A stretch of 64,000 bases of DNA from Tubiluchus corallicola. Taxonomy: Eukaryota > Animalia > Priapulida. The stretch spans positions 62,001-126,000 of the forward strand of contig JAQGDQ010000590.1 in the NCBI GenBank assembly GCA_030141605.1, written 5' to 3'. Below are positions 1-15,100 of the stretch, piece after piece (position 1 is the first letter of the stretch; each line of letters begins with the position of its first letter). The translations under genes and the position numbers were made by a program. The notes under the pieces are model-generated. The model saw nothing but the letters and a program-made list of their open reading frames with translations, ran no database searches and was not told the DNA's origin.

Positions 1-325
1 TCACTGCACGTTAATAAAATCATACAAGGATAATTTATGTTCCACTTCATCAAGTTCCAGACTTTTCTTAGGAAATGACACACCTTCACATCCGATTCAC
101 TCTTATGTAAACCATCAATAAATTGTCAAATGTAAAATCTTCACTAAATCTTTTTTTTCAGTTTTTGCGTAAAACCGAAACTTCATTTAGTGTGCTGTAT
201 TTGACGTTTAGAGACATAGTTATCACTGTTGTGAAGTGCATGTAGCGTACAACTATGTGACTGCCATCTGCGATAAATTCCGGTGTAATAACGTCAGCTA
301 ATGAAGCTTTAATTATGGTTTTCAG

Positions 326-410
326 CGAAGCACTAGCTGCCGAGATTGCGAGGCAGGATGTCGAAGCCACGTCACAGTTGGAGAACGAATTGTGGAGGGA
401 CCGCAATATG
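326..410 (+). CDS. EVC-like exon (EALAAEIARQDVEATSQLENELWRDRNM)
   Basis: ttttcag|c...aatatg|gtttgt; ends phase 0, matching the next exon. Confidence 0.75.
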
Positions 411-2994
411 GTTTGTTTTGCTTTTCTTTTCTACCTGTTTGTGTGATTTTACTGCCCAGGCGTGACTGAAATCTCCCTTTAGATAAAAATTTGATAATGA
501 GAAGCTTGGAATTACTTTTGCCAACCAACAGCCGAACTGCTGGTAACTGTGCGTGTACAACTTGGCTAAATCCTATGATGCACCAAAGCGTCCGGTACGT
601 GGCGACCTCTTGCGGACTATCTGGAAGAGAGAAAGAATGTGTGTACAGTAGACGGCACTTAACAGACTGACTTTTGGAAGGAAGTGAGTTGACCCAACTA
701 CCCAACCAAGTTTATTAACCAACAAATCTTTAGCTTTTAGTATTCACTACAAAGACTGTGAGAGCTTTAAGTGTTAGCATATTTATGCTAATGTTGTATT
801 TTCCAAAAGTTGGAGCAAAGCTGGACCCAATCTTGATCTGTGTTAAAATGTATACTTGTATTTTACTTGAAAATGGGGTAGTAGGCCTATATGAGAAATC
901 ATCCTGTCTTCGTTTAACTCTGTGCTTTCAGTTGCTCTATGACAGTGGCTCTTAACCTGGGATCCTGTTACCCCCTGGGGGTACCAAATGCCGTCCCGAG
1001 GGTTACCAAACGCAGATCTGGTTTATCGAGACTTCTGCGCCGAGAGCGACTCAAAAAAAGATATGTTTGAAAGCTAAACAGAGAGGATAAAGTAGTTGAA
1101 CCCTGACCCCAATCATTAAAATGCGGTTAAAATATACTTTTACTAAATAGGTGAATAGGTTTGACACTGTTGTCAGTAATGTTGTCAGTAATAAGATGTT
1201 GTTTTAATAATTGTTTTTGTTTTTATTATTTTATTATTTTTATTTTACTTTTTGGCAAGCTGAGCGAATCAAGAGCCGTGTTTAAAAAACCTACTTTGTT
1301 CCTATGTACATCCTTTTTGTAAATTTCTACAAGGGGGGTACCAGACAACTTTGTTCGCCTTCAGATGGTACCTGCAGTGAAAAAGGTTACCAACCACTGC
1401 TCTATGATGTTTATGCTGTGAAGTCGCAAAGATTGCAAAATATTCGTGCCAAAAATACTCCATCATTTATTTCCACCATTTGAGGAGTAGTAAGCAAAGA
1501 CTATGTAGAATGTTTGCACATTATTGTCATCATTTCTGGAGCAATAAGCAAAGACTATGTAAAATGTTTGCACATTATTGTCATCATTTCTGGAACAGAA
1601 AGGCAAAGATAAGGTAGAATGTTTACACATTATTGTCATCATTTCTGGAGGAGAAATCGAAGACTAGGTAGAATGTTAGTGCATTATTATCATCATTTCA
1701 GGGGGAGAAAGCAAAGACTAGGTAGAATGTTTAAGCATTATTGTCATCATTTCAGGAGCAGGAAGCAAAGAATAGGTAGAATGTTTGTACGTTGTCGTCA
1801 TCATTTCAGGAGGAGAAAGCAAAGACTAGGTAGAATGTTTGTGCATTATTGTCATCATTTCAGGAGGGGAAAGCAAAGGCTAGGTAGAATAGTTTTGTAC
1901 TACATTTCAGCTTGCAGTGAAGTGGATTACATAAAAAAATAATATAAGAGCAGTTTTCCCGACAAAAGCATTTGTAACATCGCTGATAAATCTGCCATTT
2001 TGTCTGACATTTTAAAAACCTTCAAGTTTCCAAACTTGAAGCGAACGTCATCATCGTCGTCGTTACTCAACGTTTGTTTTATTGCCCGCACTAAATGACT
2101 CGAATTTTACTGCTTTATTTTCAGCTGCTCATGCAGGTCATGCAAATCCTGCTGAACAGACTTCACAAGACGGGAAAAATCACCACTGAGGGAGCCACCA
2201 GCATGCAGTTGAACCTGCGCAACAATCTGAACAACATCGTCCGCACGTTAGATCAAGAACGACAAGCGGCCGAACTGGTGAGTAGAATGTCAAATTAATC
2301 GCTTCACCATTATGATAGCCAACGGTCAGTGGTCACCATGTCAGTTCTGCTATTTTCCGATGTAGTTTGATGTCGAAACTCTTAGTGTGGGTCATCGAGT
2401 TGCAACCCAAATCCTTGCAAACTGTAGCTTCCTTGCATCTGTATAGAGATGCACTATTATTGATTGCTTCTATTTATGTATTGTTAACTGTGTGGTAATT
2501 GTAGTCGGCCCTTGAACCCTCTAGACACTAAGTTGGGCAAATCTAATTTGGCGTTAAATCATTTAGCGGATCAATGCGGACGACAGCTTATCTCCGGAAA
2601 CGGCGGAGTCTGAGCTGGAGAGGCTGCAGACGGAACTCGTGTATAAAATGGTACGTGGAGTCTAAACATCCGTATGTTAGACAATGTGTTTTCGTTGCAT
2701 GTAAATGTAATCTTCACGCTTAGGCAGTAGCTGTAACGATGATGATGATGAAGACAATGATAGTGTGATGTTGAATGTGGTGATTACAGGACTTGAATGA
2801 CGTTGATGTTGATGATGATGGTGATGATGACTATGACAACGACTGTGGCAACAATGATGATTATGTGATGTTGATGGTGGTGATTACCATGACTTGAATG
2901 AGGGTAACGATGACGATGTTGATGACGATAGTGACAATGATGACGACTATGACCACGACAATGGCAACAATGATGATGATGATGATGATGATGT

Positions 2995-3026
<32 letters not shown>

Positions 3027-6000
3027 TTGATGATGATGATGATGACAATGGTCATGCTAATGTTGATGCTGTGCTTATGATGGATGGTGATGATACTGAT
3101 AATTCCATTGAAAATAACTCTAGTGACAATGACGATGATGATGATAATGATTTGGAGGAGGAGGAGGAGGCGATGTTCATCACAGTCTTTTGTGGGGTTT
3201 AGCGTAGCTGTTTATGGTATTATTGAGAAATGAAGATAGGATGTAATCGAAACAAATGTGGAGCCATCTGTTGAGACAGTTTCTTAATGGTCAGTAGAAA
3301 ATTAAACGTTGCAGGATTTGAAACGTTTCTGATAAATTTAGAGCGTTTACGGCGTTTTACATACCTTTTTGTATTAATCTTATTATATCATTTTCCCAGA
3401 ATGATAGTGTAAAAGACGAGGAAGAGCGTATCAGAAGAGATTTTGTGAAAGTCGCCGGTCTAAGTGAAAAAGAGGTACAGAGAGAATACCATTGTATTTC
3501 TGAAATAATAAAACATCAAAGAGCTCGGCAAAATGCTTAACAGTTGCTTTAATACTTGATGGAACACATTTAAGTTACTAAAGAACAACTAAAAATGCTT
3601 AGCATGTTGGGTTTATTTTACTACCGTCAATTAAACTTAGAAAAATATACACTTAAGTCACTGAATAACAATTAAGATATCTTTTTTTATCTCAATAAAT
3701 TTTGCTTAAAGGAAAGTACAAGTCACTTAGCATGTTGGTTTATTTTACTGCTGTCAATTAAACTTAGAAAAATATACACTTATGTCACTGAATAACAACT
3801 AAGATATCTTTTTTAACTCAATAAATTTTGCTTAAAGGAAAGTACAAGTCACTCAGCATGTTGATTTATTTTACTGCTGTCAATTAAACTTAGAAAAATA
3901 TATACTTAAGTCACTGAATAATAACTAAATATCTTTTTTAACTCAATAAATTTTGCTTAAAGGAAAGTACAAGTCACTCAGCATGTTGGTTTATTTTACT
4001 GCTGTCAATTAAACTTAGAAAAATATACACTTTAGTCACTGAATAACAATTAAGATATCTTTTTTTATCTCAATAAATTTTGCTTAAAGGAAAGTACAAG
4101 TCACTTAGCATGTTGGTTTATTTTACTGCTGTCAATTAAACTTGGAAAAATATACACTTAAGTCACTGAATAACAACTAAATGTCTTTTTTAACTCAATA
4201 AATTTTGCTTAAAGGAAAGTACAAGTCACTTAGCATGTTGGTTTATTTTACTGCTGTCAATTAAACTTGGAAAAATATACACTTAAGTCACTGAATAACA
4301 ACTAAATATCTTTTTTATCTCAATAAATTTTGCTTAAAGGAAAGTACAAGTCACTTAGCATGTTGGTTTATTTTACTGCTGTCAATTAAACTTAGAAAAA
4401 TATACACTTAAGTCACTGAATAACAATTAAGATATCTTTTTTATCTCAATAAATTTTGCTTAAAGGAAAGTACAAGTCGCTTAGTATGTTGGGTTTATTT
4501 TACTGCCATCAATTAAACTTAGAAAAATAGGACAAAGAAATTACAATAAAAAATCGATACTAAGAATATTCAGGCGCAGTGGTTGCCATCATTCACTTGA
4601 AAATATTTACGTAACTGACGGACTTCGTGACGTTTCGTGACCATCTTGCACGTTGCTATTTGTGTTATTTTTGAGGCGAAGGGACAAAAAATTTGTAATT
4701 TTCCTACACAGAACTTTGGCATGATTAGATTAAACAGTTTAAACTTTGCTTCACTGCAATATAAGTGCATTACACACTATTTGCTCATGGACACTGCTGT
4801 TTTTAACTTAATGAAAAGTGGGCTGCAACGCTGAAAAATGATTGACATTTCGTTGGTTATTTTTTGGCCAAAAAAGACCGCTAATTTGGCTGCTTTTTTG
4901 CTAGAATGTTAGCCATTCAGTAGGTGATTTAGTAGCCGAAAACTGTAGCCGATTAGGTAATTTCTAGACAGAAACTTGTCTAAATGGCTATTTCTGTGAG
5001 TGGCACAGCCAATTATAAATATTTAAGTGGAGTGGCGGATTTAGTGAGTAGGTCCAAGGGACCTGGGCCCACCCTTTCATAGTAGAAGTTACAGCATGCA
5101 AAATGAATTTTTTCTCTGGATTATAAGCTTTAGAACGTTTAGTGGTAGTTTTTAATGACTTATTTCGAGTAAAAAGTTCTGCATTAATGATTTTAGTGTA
5201 AAAACGTTTGTGCCCTTTAAGTGATAATTGAAATTTTTGGCAAAGATGTTGCTGTGTGCAATTATATGCTATACTAGGGTGTATACTAGTGTATTGGTGT
5301 GTAATTAAGAGTCAAAAGTTTGAGGTGACATAATGAGTTTTAAACTATTGAATTTGCTTGAGGAAATAGTAAGAAAAATGGTCTAAAATGCAGTAAAATG
5401 CATTGGTAAGCTCGGTTCCACAGACCCCCTAGCTCCTTTTTTGCTGGGCCCACCCTTCTTCTAAAGCCTGGATCCATTGCTGAAGTGTTCTAAAGAAAGA
5501 TCATCTTTTTTTACGGTATAAACTTTCTCAATGTTAGATGATAAGATACATTCCTTACTGTAATCGGTAAATTTTTTCTGCGGACACAATCTGATGCAAA
5601 TCCATTTTTTCTTAGGCCGAAGCGGCCATGGTCGAATTCCTACAAGATATGACAAGAGTCGATGCTCTGCTTGCCGAGAGATATGCACACGAATCGCAGG
5701 TATGTCATGACCGTCGTGCGAGTAATTCTGTTTCGTTTAGACGACTGCATTTATGGTTTCAGCTTACTAGCAGGGATGTTACCGAAACTGAATTTACAAA
5801 CCGAAACCGAAATTTTTGAAACATAGGAAACCGATACGGAAACGAAACCGAACTGAAACATTTTTGTAAAACCAGCTACTATTAAAACCGATAAGAAATT
5901 TAAATAAGTAAACATATTTTGTTTTTTGTTTATTTGCTTTTATTTGCTGTGATATATTATTTGTCGCGGTATTTTCGCTGTTTCGCGGGTTTTTGCGGTA

Positions 6001-8745
6001 CTCTGTCTGAAGCATTTTTGGACATGTGTAGTACGTATTGTACAGTAATGTATGGATTTGATGACTTTTGCATAAAAAATCACGAAATGTATGAAAATGT
6101 AGTAAAAGTATTAATTCTAACATTAAAAGAATATTATAGATCATAAAAAAACCATTTACAGTAAATAGTGTATTTATTCGGCAGATGAATACACACCAAA
6201 AACGTTAGCATCCGACTGTCGCGTGTGCATAGTTTTCATCTGTGGTGTTGTGCACGCTATTTGTAAAATTTTCGTTAGAAATTTTCATTTAAAACATTTT
6301 AATGAACATTTAAGTAAAGTTTTTTTTAAAGGTACATGTACAGTATGGGAAAAGTTATTAAGGGAATGGGAAAGGGTTATGTATAAGAGTGTGGGGAGGG
6401 TTAGTAAAGACTTAAAATAATGTATAACTACTAAAATAAGTATACCGTCCCTACTTTGCGGAAATTCACTTATCGCGGGTGGGCCTGGAACGGAACATCC
6501 GCGATAAGTGAGGGAACACTGTAAAACTATGATCCATAATGCTGCCGTACTAAACAATCGTCTGATTCACAGAAAATACAGCACCAGCTCTCTCAGCGAC
6601 TCCTGGCAGCCGAACTAGCAAGTCAGCGGAGAGCTTACCAGAACGAGGAGATTCAAGCAAACGTCGTCGCCCGTAGAGAAGCCTTGAACGAGACGGCCAA
6701 AAACAACTACAAATTGAAACTTTACGCCGACGAACTCATGGCTGATTATGAAAAAACCGTGTTGAAACTGCAGGAAAAGAGCGAAGCAGGTCTGTAATTT
6801 ATCATGGTTATCTCGTTGTAACCCTATAAGGTGGTTCATTTTGCTGTGATGCCAGTCTGGTTTTCGTACCTGTATTGCAGGTGCACAATTTATCACAGTT
6901 TTTGTGTCGTTGTTGGGTTAGTTGCTTGCAAAGTAACTCTACAAAGTGCTTCGTTTCACTGTGATGCTGGTCTGATTTTCGTTCATGTAATACAAAGCAT
7001 TGCCGTTAATTCAATGTGAGGCAAACAAGACACACTGAATTTTCACAAAAATTGGATTCTATGGCAACCATAAATAATATGGATCCCTTGGCAACCATAA
7101 ATAATTTGGATTTTATGACAACCATGAATGCATATCTAGACTACGTAGAACGTTCGTGCATTATTGTTATCATTTCAGAAAGCAAAAACTTTAGGTTGTT
7201 CACACATTATTGATCATCCGGGCATGTTTTTGGCATTTCACAAATGTTTGCCTAAAATGTTTTTCTTGTTGCTATTGCTTTGTGGCAGGGTGCAGGTGGT
7301 GTCGTGGGGTGTATTGTATTTTTTTGCTATTGTGACATCGCAGTTGACCACTTTTGCAGAAAAATTGTTGAATGACTTTAAGGAACCAACTCAAAAACAT
7401 CATCTGAAACATAGCATGTTAATAAGTTGCAAATATGCGCAAGTAAAACTTGCAATGTGTGCAACAAGCTTCGCATTCTGGACTAATTTTTTACACAGTC
7501 TGTCATTCTGTAAGTTAGGACCTAGTGCTGGACGGCTGGACTTAGTCAATGTAGACGGCTGCGCTAGGAACACAACCTAGTTTATTATCAAGGATAATTT
7601 TCTACGATGAGTCACTGGATTAGACGAGGTGTGTTCATATGTGTGTATATCGTCCACTTCGCTGTAAGTACTTACTGACAATACCGCAGATGAAACTGCC
7701 GAATATGAATGATGGATCTTGTGATCGACCACCCATTCACCGCCGCCCATTCGCTGAGCAGGTCTAGCTACCATGTGGTCAGCCATCCATTCACTGAACG
7801 AACATAGCTACCATGTGGTCAGCCACCCATTCACTGAACGAGCATAGCTATTATGTGGTCAGCCACCCATTCACTGAACGAGCATAGCTACCATGTGGTC
7901 AGCCACCCATTCACTGAACGAGCATAGCTACCATGTGGTCAGCCACCCATTCACTGAACGAGCATAGCTACCATGTGGTCAGCCACCCATTCACTGAACT
8001 GGCATAGCTACCATGTGGTCAGCGGCCCATTCACTGAGTGGGCCTAGTGACCATGGTCAGCCACCCATTCACAGAGTGGGCCTAGCTTTGCTTAAAGGAA
8101 AGGCCATGTGTTCTGAGAAGTTAGGCTTATTTCAGTGTTTGCAAAAAAACATTAGATGGATTTAGTAAAAAAGGTTTCAGGTTCAGTTCCAGATTTACTT
8201 CTGATTCTTTAATTTTGCTTTTTATCATTTTTAAGCCCCAGTTAAAATTGCATCATTGTAGTGAGTTTCACAGAGAAGCAGTTATGAGAAATACATAGTT
8301 GTAGGACAATCATTTGACACATTAATTTTTTACTTTAATTTGTCTGTGCAACCGGTGGGCATTTGGGGTCTGGATTCTGCCATTTGGATGGTTCAAATGT
8401 CGTCTAACAGTTTGTGTTTTGGACAGGATGGCTTAAACAACAAGCGATGCTAGTTGAACGCTTGCAGGAGAAGAGAGCGGCAGAACTTGCAGAGGTAGAG
8501 AAAGCAATGGCAACCGAGAGGCAGGGTTTCATAGCTAGGACGGAAAAAATGGTACAAACGACGGACATGGAGAAGGTATAGCAGTGCTGTAAGCTTTACT
8601 GAACTGTAGGTGAGCAGGTCGGTGAGTGACGAGAGATGGAGAGATGGACAGGAAGAGGGAAAGATGGAGAGTGATTCGACAAGTGGTGGAGAGAGGGGGA
8701 GTGAGAGAGGGAGAGAGAGAGTGTGAGAGAGAGAGAGAGAGAGAA

Positions 8746-8817
<72 letters not shown>

Positions 8818-9121
8818 GAGAGAGAGAAAGCGAGCGAGAGTGACAAAAAGAGAAAGAGAGGGACAGAGAAAGAGACATAGTGAGAAGGGAGAGGTAGAAC
8901 GGAGAGAGAGAGAGAGAGAGAGACAGAGAGAGAGGGGGAGGGAGGGAGGTAGGGAGAGAGAGAAAGGGGAGGGCAAGAGAGGGAGAAAGAGAGAGGGGGA
9001 CAGAGAGCGCGAAAAAGAGAGAGAGAGACAGTGAGAGAAGGGAAAGAGAGAAAAGGGAGAGGGAGAGAGAGAGAAGGAAGAGAGATATGGAGGGAGGGAG
9101 AGAGAAAGAGAGGGAGAGAGA

Positions 9122-9164
<43 letters not shown>

Positions 9165-12100
9165 TTCTTTTTGTAAGCCAAAAATTTTCTGTGTTTTCAG
9201 TCCTATAGAGATTACATTGAAAAACAGAAACGACAGATGCACGATGTGCTGGATGAAATTGACATATCCGAAACAAATGAATTTGACAAGCTACTAAAGG
9301 TAAAGTGTAAAGGCATGTTTGCACTTGTAAATATCAATCCAGCAAAAATATATTAACTGTTAACAAACATTGGTGCTAAACTATCTGTGATTGTAGGAGC
9401 TTGTTATTTTGCCTCTTAAGAAAGATCAGACACGAGCTTGCTTTTCTCCGGGGCTGCTTTTTTATGAAACTGCAAACTTGTCATGCTAGCTAGTTCTTCT
9501 TCCATCCATCTGCCTGTTCACATGACAATATGCTCACAATTAATGCAATGAGCTAGTTTTTTCTGGACATTAAAATTCAGAGGGACAATAAGTTACTCAA
9601 TGAGTTACTTTTTTCAGGACATTAAAGTTCAGTGGGACAAGGAGTTACTCACAATTAATGCAATGAGTTGTTTTTTTCATTCAGAGGGACAAGGAGTTAC
9701 TCACAATTAATGCAATGAGTTGTTTTTTTCATTCAGAGGGACAAGGAGTTACTCACAATTAATGCAATGAGTTATTTTTTTCAGGACATTAAAATTCAGA
9801 GGGACAAGGAGTTACTCACAATTAATGCAATGAGTTGTTTTTTTCATTCAGAGGGACAAGGAGTTACTCACAATTAATGCAATGAGTTATTTTTTTCAGG
9901 ACATTAAAATTCAGAGGGACAAGGAGTTACTCACAATTAATGCAGTGAGTAACTTTTTTCAGGACGTTAAAATTCAGAGGGACAAGGAGTTACTCACAAT
10001 TAATGCAATGAGTTGTTTTTTTCAGGACGTTAAAATTCAGAGGGACAAGGAGTTACTCACAATTAATGCAATGAGTTACTTTTTCCAGGACGTTAAAATT
10101 CAGAGGGACAAGGAGTTACAGACCGCCGACGAAGCCTTCATCAACAAGCTACAGGATCATATGTCTTTATCGGCTGGTGATGTCACGCAACTATTGCAAG
10201 CTCACCTCGCTCACATGAGAAGTTTCACAAGTATGTGATTGTGTAAACACCATTTTGTTGAAAAGTGATTTCTAAATTGCCAAATACCTTGATCACTGTT
10301 TACTTTGAAGTTCTGAATGTTACATAAAATTATTTTTGTTTATATTTCACTTTACGAGATCTCTGTTCCAACGATAATCCTGGTACATGAGTTGGACTTC
10401 TGTCTTATAAGTTTGAGAAACTCCAGTTTTTATTCTTAAGTGATAGAAACGTTGTATTGATGAATCTTCGCATATTGATAGATCTTCGCGATTTGATAGA
10501 TCTTCGCGTATTGATAGATCTTCGGGTATTGATAGATCTTCGATAGATCTTCGCGATTTGATAGATCTTCGCGAATTGATAGATCTTTGCATATTGATAG
10601 ATATCCGAGTATTGATAGATCTTTGCGTATTGATAGATCTTCGCGTATTGATAGATCTTCACGAATTGATAGATCTTTGCATATTGATAGATCTTCGAGT
10701 ATTGATAGATCTTCACGTATTGATAGATCTTCACGTATTGATAGATCTTCACGTATTGATAGATCTTCGCGAATTGATAAATCTTTGCATATTGATAGAT
10801 CTTCGAGTATTGATAGATCTTCGCGAATTGATAAATCTTTGCGTATTGATAAATCTTCGCATATTGATAGATCTTCGTGTATTGATAAATTTTCCTGTAT
10901 TGATAAATCTTCGCGTATTTATAAATCTTCGCATATTGATAAATCTTCGCGTATTGATAGATCATCGCATATTCATCTTCGTGTATTGATAAATCTTCGC
11001 GTATTGATAAATCTTCATGTATTGATAAATCTTCATGCATTGATAGATCTTCGTATATTGATAAATCTTCGTGTATTGATAAATCTTCGTGTATTGGCAA
11101 ATCTTTGGGTATTGATAAATCTTCACGTATTGATCTTCGTATATTGATAAATCTTCATGTATTGATAAATTCTGTATTGTCTTACAGGAGCTAAAGAACT
11201 GGAGAAGCAACAGTATGCAGCCATCTTGCAGGACCGACTGTCTGACAGAGAAAAGGTGAGAAATCTGCCAACAGACGGCAGCACCAGAATGATGTTGCAA
11301 ACCCACAATCAATTAAATGTGTGCTTGCATAGCAAAATCGTCCATAAGTCAGTAGTGTTTTCTAGTTATCAACAAACCCTGAATCTCCATTTCATGAGGA
11401 TCATTTTGATACAAAGTTCATCGCTCTATGTTATTTCCAAGCTGAGATAATCCACGTTGAAGTCGAGGTGCAAAAAACGGCATCCCTAGCCGAAAGTTAG
11501 CCATAGAAAAACATAGCCACGTCCTTGCCGAAACAACAATGGTGTGATAATTATTGCATTCAGTGTTTTAAATAAAAAAATATGCTTTCATATGACAGTG
11601 CCAGGTAAGTGTGTGAATGTATGAAGTAAACTATGAAAAGTAGCAAAGGTTTCCAATTTAAAAACATGCGCGAGTGGTTAGACGAAAACTCTGGTAAAAT
11701 TAAGAACCTTACTGCAAAGTTAAAGAACGCTATGAATTCGAAAATTTCTTGCCAATTAATACTGTAACCCTCAATGCTAAAATTGCTTTCACAAAACTAC
11801 GTTTTAGTTCCCAATCACTCGCAATAGAAACAGGTAGACATCATAAACATAACAAAATACCAGCCAGCGAAAGATACAGTACACAATGCGACCCAAACAA
11901 ACAAGAAATAGAAGACAAAACACATTTGCACTTGCACTGTAGCAGATATGAACAACTAAGAAACACCCCTAATACGGAAATTAGCTCTATATATCCAAAC
12001 TTTACCAACTTATTATATGATGACAAACTAAAAGTACTATTGGGCTCAAATGATTCAGAAATTCTCCAAATTCCTTGTAATTTTGTTTTAAAATGTTTTA

Positions 12101-15100
12101 GTTCCTGAATGTAATTATTGTAAATTGAAAATAAACGAACTATGTATATATAACTAGCATCACTTATGTAAACTAAATACTACATGTGTATGCAACTATC
12201 TTGAATTTGCATTTATGTATATTCATGTTGTACCATTGGGTTTATACATCAAATTTTGATATTGCGTCTTTGGTTTAAATTGTTGAGTTTGACTTGGGTA
12301 ATTGTATTCTTGATAACGTGGTATAGGTTTTTTTGTAGGGCTGTATATGTGTGAAATTGTATCTTTATAATCGGTGAGTACATTGTATGATTTGTAATTG
12401 TGATTACCCAATAAATATATTATATATTATTTGATGCAGAGATGGGAGGAGGAGTATGCGGCCACGGAAGCTGAGCAGACTTCACTAACAGAGTACCAAG
12501 ATGCGGCCGTCGTGAAAGTCATAGACACTCAAATGGGTGTAGACAAGGAGTAAGTTAAAAAATAATTTTGTTTGTTAACAAACTTTTTAGATAAGTTCTG
12601 TCTATAGTCTTATTGCATATAGAGCTTGCGTTAGCAGTAACGCTGCATAAAACTTGTACACTCAAATGGGTGTAGACGAGGAGTAACTTAAAAGGCAATT
12701 TTGTTTGTTAACAAACTTTTTTGGATGAGTTCTGTCTGCAGTCTTATTGCTTCTAGAGCTTGCGTTAGCAGTAACGCTGTATAAAACTTGTAAATTCAAG
12801 CTGCCGCCATGACATAAAGTTTGAGGAAATAATCCTAGCATATGTAGCACACTCTTCACTATTCAAGGAAAAGTTTAAGTTAATTTATCATGTCAGTAAG
12901 ATCAATAATGTGTGTTTTTTGGTGAGTCAGTGGTGCACACTGGGATGGCGATTTAGAATTTTCTTTTCTAGTTACATATAGGGTTGCCAGATTAGAAAAT
13001 TAGAAATACGGGACACTCTTAAAATCTCTCTCTATATTACTGTATTTTTACATGTAAATTTATACATGTCTACAAACCGAGAATGAGTACTAAACATGAG
13101 TTAATGATTTTAATGGGTTATGAGGAAAACAAAAGTGAAATTATTTGAAAAGTATTTAATACCGACAAGTATTATAATACAGAGAAATATTATTATCATT
13201 TAATAGTCACATTTGGGTTACTTTGGCTAAGAGAACCTGAGTACTTATAAAGTTACGACTAAGAACCATACGAAGTTGTAAAAATAAAATTTTTATTACG
13301 AATTATGAAAATGAACTAAAAATGGGACGTTTGGGTAACCCCGAGAGGTCAGTGCAGGACAAGGGACAAAATAATTAGCAAATATGGGACATGTCTTGTA
13401 TATTGTGTCATATTGTGAATTTTTTAATAACTCTTTAGCGATTTTTGGACAGTAATGATCATGTTATGTGATCAAAAGTGTGTATTGTGAATTTGTTAAT
13501 AACTCTTTAGAGATTTTTGGACAGTAATTATCATGTTATGTGATCAAAAGTGTTTATCGTGAATTGGTAAAGAACTCATTAGCAATGTTATATGATCAAA
13601 AGTCCTTTTTTGTAGTGAACTATGGACTGAACCAAAAAATCATGTCCGACTATCTCTTAATCAGTCAATAAACATATATATACATGTAATATAAGGTTTG
13701 TATGTATATATATAATGGACGTTCGGCTAGCCTGATTGCATAAGTCTGGTAAGCGTAATGCAAGGCAATTAAACTTTGCGTGGAAAGTTTTTTGAGATGA
13801 GCTTTAAATGTCCCATTTTTTAAACATGTTCATGTTCATTTTCAGAGCTCGTACGCAGATTCTGACGGAACATCAGCACAACATGCAAATGCTGAACAAT
13901 AAGTTAATGATGTCCAAGCACAGACAACACAAAATGTGAGTAACGATTTAGTTTAGCAGAACTCGACTCGCAGAAACTCAACACAAAGATGCAGTGATGT
14001 TCTATTTGCATGATAACTGAAATCACTGGAACCAGTTGGCTACATACATGAAGTCCTCGCTTAACGATGCTAGTTGTACTACAATCAATGTCTGCCATAT
14101 TCCAACAAAATATTGTAGTGTTTTATACGTCATTTCTATTAAAAATAAATAAAAAGGCCATTTTACAAATTTGAATTTATTTCTGCAGTTCTAGACTTTA
14201 GCACAAAGTAGTTCTAGACGTTACTAAACACAAAACGCATTAAATAAACCTAATTTGGTAATTTTACTAATTTATACCACATTCTATCAAATTTATAAGA
14301 CTGTTATTCATTAAACTAAAATGTTTAAAGTGATCAGTTCATAATGATTCAAAATAATGCAAAACGATGTATTTACTTACATCGTATGTCTCCATAAAGC
14401 AAATCTAGTATTTACCAATATATCTGACAAATTATGCCACTATCATACTGTGAAAAACTACTTTTAAAGAAGCCTGTTAACGTCTACCAACTAACTCACT
14501 TGCCCAGGTAGAAACAGATCTGCACAGGTGAGTGCCCGTGGTCACGTGACCAAAGAGATACTTGGTGAAATTCCCTACACTAGTGCTTTCCTGCATCATG
14601 TGATGTTAAGCAAAATGTTGTTAAACGAAACCAAAACTTTTGTAAAAAAAAATTGAGACACGTTGATATAAAAGTCCAATATATTTAGCATTTGTTACCA
14701 AAAATTTACATTTGACCGAATTTTTGCATCATTCTACTTTAAAGCATCGTAATATAGTTTAAACTATGCCGACTTACAGACGGTTTTGGTTTGCAAGCAC
14801 TCAAATATATTAAATAGATAAATGGACTTTTATATTCTGGCATCAAATTATCAAAAAAAACGTTCAAAAAATACTAAAAATCTAATTTTTTAACCCTGTA
14901 CCCACTTTCCTGTCTTGAAACTAGTACTGCAATTGTACAAAACTTGTATTTTCAAACTGTGGTTGTACCTCATGGAAGCAGCCATTTTGCTTCCAGTTTT
15001 TTATGTTGCCAAACCCTGATCCTCTTCAGGAAGAGCCATCTACTGAATTTAAACATTTAAACTTCAATTTGCTCTTGCAAAATCCATAGCAACCACACTT

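Noticed and set aside
1619-1942. His/Arg-rich repeat ORF and apparent micro-exons (tttcag|20 nt|gtagaa) in the 54-bp array
   Set aside because: The implied introns would be about 34 nt, and a 20-nt exon would break the host frame; exons 410 and 2125 already join in phase
2861-3202. Poly-Asp, poly-Met and poly-Ile ORFs
   Set aside because: (GAT)n microsatellite; the flanking exons join in frame without it
8450-9324. Long ORFs of 235-243 aa (SLSLSL / ERERER)
   Set aside because: Translations of a (GA)n microsatellite inside an intron
10347-11312. ORFs with KIYQYA / IDRSSR / LIDLRV repeats
   Set aside because: An 18-bp tandem unit is open in several frames by construction; it is intronic and has no splice support
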